A stretch of 32,000 nucleotides of DNA from the NCBI RefSeq assembly GCF_000220175.1, contig NZ_AFPU01000001.1:685512-717511 (forward strand), read 5' to 3'. The notes below the pieces were generated by a model, which did not search any database, had not been told where the DNA came from, and saw only the letters and a list, made by a program, of their open reading frames with translations. The translations under genes and the position numbers were made by a program. The stretch comes from Nitrosarchaeum koreense MY1. Its GTDB lineage: Archaea; Thermoproteota; Nitrososphaeria; Nitrososphaerales; Nitrosopumilaceae. The stretch's first letter is position 1. Every line of letters starts with the position of its first letter. This document shows positions 24,758-32,000 of the stretch, piece by piece.

Positions 24758-26458
24758 TGTTATTGTAAATGTAGTTGGGTTATTTTTTACTGATATTTTT
24801 CCACCATGCTGTTCTATGATATTTTTACAACTTACCAATCCTAGACCAGTACCAGTTTGCTTAGTGGTGTAAAGTGGCTCAAAAATTTTATTCATATCAT
24901 ATTCACTGATTCCTGAACCTGAATCGATTACGTCTATAACTATATCCTTTTCTTCATCATGGGATTTGATTTCTATAGTTCCTGGATTATCTCCAATTGC
25001 ATCCATTGCATTTTTTATTAGATTTGAAAAAACAATTTCTAATTTCCCTTCATCTGCTAAAACTGTTAGGTCATTGTCTGGCATCTTGATGTTTATTTTA
25101 TTTGATTGCAGTTCATTAACAATGTTTGTAAGACAAGATTTTATTGACATTCGTTTCTTTTGAAGTTCTGTTGTTTTTACATAATCCAAAACATCTTCAA
25201 TTTGATTGGTCATTCGTTGTATTGCATTATTAATTCGTTGTATGCTTTCATGATCTTTTGGAGATAGTGACTCTTTATTTCGTATTAATGATATTTCTAC
25301 TGATGATTTAATTACGCTTAATGGGTTTCGTAAATCATGAGACAGTCTAGCTGCAAGTTCTCCTATTGCGGATAATCTTTCTGATTTAATCAATTCGTTT
25401 GTTAGATTGTCTATCTTTACATTTTTTGTATCAAGTGCATTGGTTAGTTTTGAATTTAAGATTACAATTATGCTTGAAAATACGACTAGTAATGTTATTA
25501 GGACTAGCGAAAAGAACATCATGAAATTTCCACTTTGTTCAATGCTCCAAAAATAGTTTAACGCAAACAGAACTGCAATTGTTGTAACAATTATCAAAAC
25601 AAGTACTAGATTAATTCCATATGTTGCGATATTTTTTGCTGTGACTGGTTCATCGTTGTTTTGATATTTTTCGGGTTTATTTCTTTTAGAATTTTGAATT
25701 AATTTATACATTGCAAAACTCCATGCTACGTAACTAATCAACCACAAAATATCTATCGGATGTCCATCAAAATATGCATCATCAATAACTAAAATCAAGT
25801 ATAGATTATCAGCTATAATGAAACTTACAATACCGATTAAAATTAATGTCCAAAAAGAATTCTTATTAATTTTGAATGACAAAATTATTGAGATTATTGC
25901 AGGAATTAATAAAATTGCATCAACAATGGGGTAAATTAGCGCAACTGCAATTTCAAAAAATTCAGTTTCTATATTAGCTTGAAAAGTAATTGCTAAAATA
26001 GGAATTAAAATTGATGTTGATACTATGATGGCAAATGCGATGTGTTTTTTCTTTATGTGATCACGTAATGGTTTTAAGAAAATTACTAATGAGATAAACA
26101 TGAAAATTGGTGCTATAATATAGAAAAGGTCTGCAATAGATGGATAAGGATCAACAAATAAAACATGCTCATACAAATTCCACATCTGTTCTGCTGCAAA
26201 CCATGAACAAAATGATAAAACTAGAAAAACAAGTGATTTTTTACTAATTTCACTTATTCTGTCAGCACTTGATAATGCCCATGTGGCCATAATTATCAGA
26301 ACTCCTGTAATTATAGTGTAGATTGGTAATGAGATATACTTTGAAAAATATTCGATGCTTACTACATCATTGACGCCGTATAATGAAACTAGTGCAAAAA
26401 TTATGCAACCAAATATAATTTTGTTATTAATGCGTATTTTTTTTTCGTTTCTTTCCAA
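24746..26458 (-). CDS. polytopic membrane sensor histidine kinase
   Basis: 570 aa. The roughly 330-aa N-terminal region has many TM helices. It is followed by the HisKA H-box (LSHDLRNPL) and HATPase_c N, G1 and G2 boxes (LIKNAMDA, DSGSGI, GTGLGL). Confidence 0.9.
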   Translation of the reverse strand: MERNEKKIRINNKIIFGCIIFALVSLYGVNDVVSIEYFSKYISLPIYTIITGVLIIMATWALSSADRISEISKKSLVFLVLSFCSWFAAEQMWNLYEHVLFVDPYPSIADLFYIIAPIFMFISLVIFLKPLRDHIKKKHIAFAIIVSTSILIPILAITFQANIETEFFEIAVALIYPIVDAILLIPAIISIILSFKINKNSFWTLILIGIVSFIIADNLYLILVIDDAYFDGHPIDILWLISYVAWSFAMYKLIQNSKRNKPEKYQNNDEPVTAKNIATYGINLVLVLIIVTTIAVLFALNYFWSIEQSGNFMMFFSLVLITLLVVFSSIIVILNSKLTNALDTKNVKIDNLTNELIKSERLSAIGELAARLSHDLRNPLSVIKSSVEISLIRNKESLSPKDHESIQRINNAIQRMTNQIEDVLDYVKTTELQKKRMSIKSCLTNIVNELQSNKINIKMPDNDLTVLADEGKLEIVFSNLIKNAMDAIGDNPGTIEIKSHDEEKDIVIDVIDSGSGISEYDMNKIFEPLYTTKQTGTGLGLVSCKNIIEQHGGKISVKNNPTTFTITLPK

Positions 26459-26531
26459 ATTTAGAAGTATGGCCTCATTTTGAATTTGTCCAATGTTATG
26501 ATATAATATTTTGGATGTGTGCCGACGTTAT

Positions 26532-27680
26532 TCATATTTTGAATTTTTTTTGAGCCTGTTCAAAAATATTCAATGCATCGTCAATATTCTTTTTAGATAG
26601 CCATGCTGTGACTGAGATTCTTAACCTAGCTTTGTTTTTTGGCACTGTTGGATATCTAATTGGCTGCGCAAACACTCCCTTTTTAAGAAGGAATTTTCCA
26701 AAATCCATGGCTATTTTTTCATTGCCAATAACTATGGGAATTATGTGTGTCTTTGAATTAATTTGATATCCTAATTGCTTCAACCCGTTTGTCAAGATGC
26801 TAGTGTTTCTTGCTAGCTTCTTTCTTTGTTTCTCTCTGTTGATTTGCATTCTGTTTAATGAATACTGAATTAAAAACGATGGAAGTGCAGATGTGTATAT
26901 GAATGATTTTGATTTATTTATGCACAAATCTATTACATTGTTTTGTGATGAAACATATCCTCCAAAAGATCCTAGCCCTTTACTAAGGCTGCTGATATAT
27001 ATGTCGATTTTTTTTGTAACATTAAAATGATTTGGAGTCCCCCTCCCATCTGTTCCAACTGTAAAATCTCCATGTGCATCATCTAACACTGTGATTGCAT
27101 TTGATCTTTCTGACACATCCGTAATTTCCTTTAACTTTGAAAAGTCTCCATCCATGCTGAAAATCCCCTCTGTGATGATTAATTTATTTTTGCCGTGTTG
27201 ATTGAGTTTTTTTGTCAAGTCTTCAATATCGTTATGTTTGTAAACTAAAATTTTTGCACCTGAAAGCCTACATGATTCTATTATGCTTGCATGATTTAAT
27301 TCATCACTTAAAATCAAATCTCCTTTTTTTGCAATTGTTGTAATTACCCCTAAATTTGCCATGTATCCTGTTGGATAAACTAAACTTGCTTGTTTTGATT
27401 TATGTTTTGAAAGTTTATCTTCTAATTTTTTATATATCTCATCGTTTCCTGAAACTAATCTTGAACTTGATTGCATCTGATTTATTTTTATTTTTGTAAT
27501 TGGTATGCCTAAATAATCATTTGAGCAAAGATTCAGCAGTCTTTTATTTTTTATTGTTATGTATGCATTATTCACTTTAACGTCTCTTAATTTCCTGTAC
27601 AGGTTATTTTCTTTAATTTGCTCTAATTCCACATCTACAAAATTTAATTTATTGCTCACTTTCAAATTGAAATCAGTCAT
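26532..27680 (-). CDS. bioF: 8-amino-7-oxononanoate synthase (alpha-oxoamine synthase family)
   Basis: 382 aa, a class-II aminotransferase/AOS family member. It has the PLP-Lys motif SLSKGLGSFGGY and DDAHG. The bioF assignment is supported by linkage to bioB and bioA; Kbl-like activity cannot be excluded from sequence alone. Confidence 0.85.
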   Translation of the reverse strand: MTDFNLKVSNKLNFVDVELEQIKENNLYRKLRDVKVNNAYITIKNKRLLNLCSNDYLGIPITKIKINQMQSSSRLVSGNDEIYKKLEDKLSKHKSKQASLVYPTGYMANLGVITTIAKKGDLILSDELNHASIIESCRLSGAKILVYKHNDIEDLTKKLNQHGKNKLIITEGIFSMDGDFSKLKEITDVSERSNAITVLDDAHGDFTVGTDGRGTPNHFNVTKKIDIYISSLSKGLGSFGGYVSSQNNVIDLCINKSKSFIYTSALPSFLIQYSLNRMQINREKQRKKLARNTSILTNGLKQLGYQINSKTHIIPIVIGNEKIAMDFGKFLLKKGVFAQPIRYPTVPKNKARLRISVTAWLSKKNIDDALNIFEQAQKKFKI

Positions 27681-27794
27681 GCGTAAATTCTTTTCTCATT
27701 GTTGTTATTTTATTAATTTTTGTGATGTTACGCATGTTATTGGTTTTGAATTTTTAGTGTTGTTTAATTATAACACACTGTCTTTTATATCATA

Positions 27795-28015
27795 AATTTT
27801 TGTAATACTATTGGCTTGATTACACCTATTGAACAAATCATGGAGGATCAAAGGAATATAGTTGAATTGCAATTATCTATTAAAAAATTAAAATTTCAAA
27901 GAATGAATTTTTGTAATACTATTGGCTTGATTACACCTATTGAACAAATCATGGAGGATCAAAGGAATATAGTTGAATTGCAATTATCTATTAAAAAATT
28001 AAAATTTCAAAGAAT
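27795..28015. repeat. perfect tandem duplication, 2 x 111-bp period
   Basis: 27795-27904 is identical to 27906-28015 (110/110 nt by direct reading); the junction base differs (g at 27905 versus a at 28016). The period of 111 is a multiple of 3. Confidence 0.95.
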
Positions 28016-28040
28016 AAAAAAACCATCAGTTCAAGTTTGT

Positions 28041-28211
28041 TTATGATAATTCAATCTGTGTTATTTTTATAATTTCATTTTCATCGTAAAAATAACGTTT
28101 AGTTTCTAAACAGTTTGAACATACAAACCAAATAGGAGTGTAATTACTTTTTTTTGCTCCTTTGTAAACTATTTTGTATTCTGGCAAATGCTTTTCATCA
28201 CAAATATTCAT
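28041..28211 (-). CDS. candidate small Cys/His protein (56 aa), translationally coupled
   Basis: Hand translation: MNICDEKHLPEYKIVYKGAKKSNYTPIWFVCSNCLETKRYFYDENEIIKITQIELS. Its ATG overlaps the upstream ORF's stop (ATGA). A possible C-x3-H ... C-x2-C metal site is present. Confidence 0.35.
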   Translation of the reverse strand: MNICDEKHLPEYKIVYKGAKKSNYTPIWFVCSNCLETKRYFYDENEIIKITQIELS

Positions 28212-28447
28212 TCTTTAGCCCCCTGCATTAATTTTATTCTGTAAAGAAATTTGTCTGTTGAATGCAATAAATCATTCATTTCTGATTCAATATTGTTTTT
28301 GTATGTCTGATTTTTTATTTTCACGATAAATTCACTTGTTAATTCTATTAGGTGTTTTATTTCATAATTTGTAATTGCTATGTGATTAGTATCTTGGAAT
28401 TGATCGTATATCGTATTGCTCAATATAGTGAATCCCCCTTTTCCCAT
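28208..28447 (-). CDS. hypothetical small helical protein (79 aa)
   Basis: The ORF overlaps the TrmB-like gene's 3' end by 28 nt from ATG 28447. An alternative TTG at 28423 would give a TTGA overlap. No family recognised. Confidence 0.45.
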   Translation of the reverse strand: MGKGGFTILSNTIYDQFQDTNHIAITNYEIKHLIELTSEFIVKIKNQTYKNNIESEMNDLLHSTDKFLYRIKLMQGAKE

Positions 28448-29268
28448 GATAAATCAAATAGCGAACTCATCATGTCTACAAGAGTTTCAGAGTCAGACCA
28501 CCATGCAAATGTTTGTCGTGTTGCATGATTAGCGTTTCTCATAAAAATTAAAATTTCTTTTGCGTCATTAATGATAAAACATTTTTTATCTGAATCTGAT
28601 GTGATGGCTCGTATTTTCTTTGAATCTATCTCGGAAATAAACTCTGGAGTCTTACTTAAAGGAGAGATTACCATTTGTAGTTCAGATGATGATTCGTCTA
28701 TCCAATCAAATACATCTGAATGATATAATCTTAAAACATCCGGTATGCTGCCGTAAATTTTAATCGAATCGGTGCTAGTCTCGGTCATTTCTTTTATTTT
28801 ATTAATTATTGGTCCCATGCCATGTAGCAACTGCATTTTTTCTGATTTTGATTCGTCAGTTTCAACTACAAAAAATGGAACCTCTTTCCAGAGCTTTGAA
28901 AGCGATTCTTCTTTTCCAGCAAGTGTGTTGATTCTCTGTTGTTCTTGTTTTACTAACGTTTCAATTGCCTGTTTCATCTCCATTGCAGAATATTTTGTAG
29001 GGTGGACAAGCTCAGCTGTTACCAACCCCATATTTTGTAGAGAATTCACAAGATGGTATGTTTCTGTTCTTGGCATCTGCAATGCTTTTGCAATCTCTGA
29101 AGCAGATTTTGAACCATACTTTCCAAGATAGATGAAGACTTTGCTTTGGTTTGCAGTTAACCCAAAACTGATCAGTTCATTTTTGATTCTTTCAAGCGTA
29201 ATTTTATGTTTATACAGTTCGGTTTCTGAGTCATTGTCAAAAAGTGTTATCTCATGTGTTGTGCTCAT
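28420..29268 (-). CDS. TrmB-family transcriptional regulator
   Basis: 282 aa. The N-terminal wHTH (LISFGLTANQSKVFIYLGKYGSKSASEIAKALQMPRTETYHLVNSLQNMGLV) is typical of TrmB, followed by a coiled-coil linker and a C-terminal effector-type domain. Confidence 0.8.
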   Translation of the reverse strand: MSTTHEITLFDNDSETELYKHKITLERIKNELISFGLTANQSKVFIYLGKYGSKSASEIAKALQMPRTETYHLVNSLQNMGLVTAELVHPTKYSAMEMKQAIETLVKQEQQRINTLAGKEESLSKLWKEVPFFVVETDESKSEKMQLLHGMGPIINKIKEMTETSTDSIKIYGSIPDVLRLYHSDVFDWIDESSSELQMVISPLSKTPEFISEIDSKKIRAITSDSDKKCFIINDAKEILIFMRNANHATRQTFAWWSDSETLVDMMSSLFDLSWEKGDSLY

Positions 29269-29522
29269 GTCTTCATTTACTCAATAATGTTTTTCTTAAT
29301 AGGCACAGTGGATATTTCTTCAATCTACGTGTTCTATTTTGGAACTAATTAGCCGATCTGCGGTGCCAATTTAACTCGTAATTAATTTTTTTAAAACTTG
29401 TATGTGTAATTTTTTGCGTTAAAATTAATTTTTGTTTGAACATTATCTGCAATCATCATAAAAATTTCCCAGATATGGGAATCAATGATTATGCAGTTAC
29501 AAAATCATCTGTAAAAAATTTG

Positions 29523-30503
29523 TCAAGCCTCTAATCCGATTTTTTTTATCATGTTGAAATCTTTTTCAGATTCGTTTCCACCCATTGTAAGATATCCTGA
29601 TGTGATTATTCCGTTTGCACCGCTTTGCAATAGTTGCTCTCCTGAATCAGTAAGATTCGTTTCTCTTCCTCCAGAAATTTTTATCACCGATTCTGGTAAT
29701 AGAAATCGTATTACAGAAAACATTCTTACAATTTCAGAATTTTCTAATTTTACTTGTAGCTCTAATGGTGTTCCAGGCACAGGTACTAGTATATTTATTG
29801 TAACTTCTTCAGGATAAAGCGCAGCTAATTCATTGGCTAATTCTATTCTTTGTTTTCTTGTCTCCCCTAAACCGATTATTCCACCTGTACATAATTCTAA
29901 TCCTGCGTTGCGAACGATTTGCAATGTTTTTAGTCTGTCGTCATATGTGTGGGTAGTGCATATCTCTGAAAATTTTGATTTTGATGTTTCTAAATTATGA
30001 TTATATCTTTTCACGTTAAGTTCTTTGAGTTTTTTTGCTTGCTCTGGTGTAAGAAAACCTAGGCTGCATTCTACATTAATGCCTACCTTGTCATTGATCT
30101 CTTTTATGATGTTGCAAACTTTGTCAAAATCTCGTGTGGATGGTTCTCTCCATGCAGCTACAAGGCAGTATGATTCTGCCCCTTCGTCTTTTGCTTTTTT
30201 TGCTTTGATTACCACTTCTTCTGCTGATGGTAGTTGATAGGTTTCAATTCCCGTATCAAAAAATGCAGACTGTCCACAAAAGGAACAATCCTCACTACAA
30301 GCATTTTTTTTAATATTGTTTAATTGTTCGACATCTACTTTCTTTCCATTAAAATCTCTAGTTATCTGATTTGCAGCTTTAGCTAGATCTGGAACATTTT
30401 CATCTGGTATGTTGAATAGTTTTTCAGCATCTTGACTTGTTATTCCAATGCCTGAAAATACGTTTTCTTGACATTCTCTGATAAATTCCAAGACATTATT
30501 CAT
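29523..30503 (-). CDS. bioB: biotin synthase
   Basis: 326 aa with the radical-SAM CxxxCxxC motif (CSEDCSFCGQS) and BioB-like downstream motifs (YNHNLETS, GGIIGLGE). Confidence 0.94.
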   Translation of the reverse strand: MNNVLEFIRECQENVFSGIGITSQDAEKLFNIPDENVPDLAKAANQITRDFNGKKVDVEQLNNIKKNACSEDCSFCGQSAFFDTGIETYQLPSAEEVVIKAKKAKDEGAESYCLVAAWREPSTRDFDKVCNIIKEINDKVGINVECSLGFLTPEQAKKLKELNVKRYNHNLETSKSKFSEICTTHTYDDRLKTLQIVRNAGLELCTGGIIGLGETRKQRIELANELAALYPEEVTINILVPVPGTPLELQVKLENSEIVRMFSVIRFLLPESVIKISGGRETNLTDSGEQLLQSGANGIITSGYLTMGGNESEKDFNMIKKIGLEA

Positions 30504-30642
30504 GATATTTCACTATGAATTCTATTAAAAAAGATTAGTGAGTTAAAAATTGACTTTTCATGCGTGATTATGTGGTCATTTGTATATTTTTTCTTGTATC
30601 ATTGAAAATTGAAATTAAATTTTCTTGATGTTGTTGTGTTTA

Positions 30643-31965
30643 CTATGTCGTTTTATTTTCTGCTGATTTTATTGTGTCCATGGTTCTGTTTAGCAAGAAA
30701 TCTAACTCTTCTTCAGATATTGCTAGTGGTGGTACAAGCATGATTATGTTTCCAAGCGTACGAAGATAAATTCCATGTTTTCTGCCTTCCTCAAAAAATA
30801 TTTTGTTTATTGATTTTTTTGGGTTAATCGGAGTTTTATTTTTTTTATCCTTGACTAATTCTATTCCCATGAGCATTCCTTTATGTCTGATATCCCCAAC
30901 TGTCTTTATTTCTAATATTTTGTCATAGTACTCTTCAAAAATTTTTGATGTTTTTTGAATTTTTTTAATTAAATTATTTTTTTTATATAATTTCAGATTT
31001 TCATTTGCAACAGCTGCAGATATTGGATTACCTGTGTATGTATGTCCATGAAACAGATGCTTCCAATCATTGAATTGGCCTAGAAACGAATCATAGATTT
31101 TTTTATTTGCTAAAGTTGCAGCCATTGTTAGATAGCCTCCTGTTAACATTTTTCCAAAAGATACTATGTCTGGAATACTTTTTTGTTCCGTATATTGAAC
31201 CATAGACCCTAATCGTCCAAAACCGGTTGCTATCTCATCTAATACTAACAATATGTTGTATTTTTTACATAACTTGCTTATCTTCGTCTGAAATCCTTTT
31301 GGAAATATAATAACTCCACCTGCTACCTGTGCTCCGCTTTCCATAACAAATGAAGCAATTTTGTCATCATTGGAAAATTTCTTTTCAACTTTATCTAGAC
31401 AATAATTTTGATAATCTAAATAGTCATATCCTTTAGGAATTCTGTATTTGTTTGGTACTGGAATTTGTATTGTTGGAAATAATTGTTTTTTAAATTTACC
31501 AAAAAATTCTGGCACATAACCCACAGCCATTGCTCCAAACGTGTCCCCATGATAGCCGTTTTCTAACGTTGCAATTTTTGTCTTTTTTGTTTCTCCTATG
31601 TTATTCCAATATTGTAATGCCATCTTTATTGCAATCTCCATTGCCGAAGATCCGTTGTCGGAATAAAACACCTTGTGCATCCCTGGAGATATTTTTATCA
31701 AACTCTTTGCTAGTCTCTCTGCAGGTTCATTTGTTAGGTTAAACATCGAAGAGTGTTGAAGTTTTTTACATTGTCTAGATATTGCATTAGTTAATTCTGG
31801 TTTTGAGTGACCCCAGACATTACACCACATTGATCCAACCGCATCAAAATAATTATTTCCATCAGAATCAATTAGATACATCCCTTTGGATTTTACGATT
31901 TCGTTAAATGAATCCCATTCTTTCATCTGAGTGTTAGGATGCCAAACAAAGCTTTTCTTTTTCAA
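30643..31965 (-). CDS. bioA: adenosylmethionine-8-amino-7-oxononanoate aminotransferase
   Basis: 440 aa with a TTG start. It is a class-III aminotransferase with N-terminal VWHPNTQMK, DEIATGFGRLG and the PLP-Lys context SFGKMLTGGY. Confidence 0.92.
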   Translation of the reverse strand: MKKKSFVWHPNTQMKEWDSFNEIVKSKGMYLIDSDGNNYFDAVGSMWCNVWGHSKPELTNAISRQCKKLQHSSMFNLTNEPAERLAKSLIKISPGMHKVFYSDNGSSAMEIAIKMALQYWNNIGETKKTKIATLENGYHGDTFGAMAVGYVPEFFGKFKKQLFPTIQIPVPNKYRIPKGYDYLDYQNYCLDKVEKKFSNDDKIASFVMESGAQVAGGVIIFPKGFQTKISKLCKKYNILLVLDEIATGFGRLGSMVQYTEQKSIPDIVSFGKMLTGGYLTMAATLANKKIYDSFLGQFNDWKHLFHGHTYTGNPISAAVANENLKLYKKNNLIKKIQKTSKIFEEYYDKILEIKTVGDIRHKGMLMGIELVKDKKNKTPINPKKSINKIFFEEGRKHGIYLRTLGNIIMLVPPLAISEEELDFLLNRTMDTIKSAENKTT

Positions 31966-32000
31966 ACGATTTCTATAGTTAATTTGAACTTAATAATTAA

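Noticed and set aside
27816-28046. The 76-aa ORF across the tandem duplication as a bona fide gene
   Set aside because: Its length is produced by the in-frame duplication and the un-duplicated form would be about 31 aa. It has a TTG start, no recognisable family, and its 3' end overlaps a convergent ORF. It is kept as a finding, not as a feature.

Overview
AT-rich archaeal chromosomal window, mostly core housekeeping genes. The gene content is an archaeal-type ribosomal protein operon with eS4 and an RNase P Rpp29 subunit, a proteasome alpha subunit, an ESCRT-III/CdvB-type protein and many TTG/GTG starts. Together with the low GC, this suggests an ammonia-oxidising thaumarchaeon (Nitrosopumilales-like); that assignment is inference only. 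Layout: (1) plus-strand purine cluster purQ-purL-purF, then a stand-alone RAM-domain protein, DUF427, a membrane protein and purC, followed by an ArsR-type regulator and a PPOX-family protein. (2) A ~3 kb block of small uncharacterised minus-strand genes ending at tRNA-Asn(GUU), punctuated by three copies of a perfect 22-28 bp palindrome. It contains an extremely basic Ala/Arg/Lys repeat protein and a GC-elevated, structure-rich non-coding island. (3) A minus-strand r-protein operon uL3-uL4-uL23-uS19-uL22-uS3-uL29-Rpp29-uS17-uL14-uL24-eS4-uL5-uS14-uS8-uL6, with no uL2 between uL23 and uS19. (4) SPOUT/DUF171 methyltransferase, psmA, DUF371, a CdvB paralog, a split DipZ-like CcdA plus thioredoxin pair, and a convergent response regulator/histidine kinase. 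(5) Biotin genes bioF, bioB and bioA, interrupted by a TrmB-like regulator with two translationally coupled small ORFs and by a perfect 111-bp tandem duplication. I found no CRISPR array, transposase, integrase or recognisable defence system. The most unusual items are the repeated palindrome, the basic repeat protein, the GC island and the regulator cassette inside the bio cluster. All functional readings of these are hypotheses.
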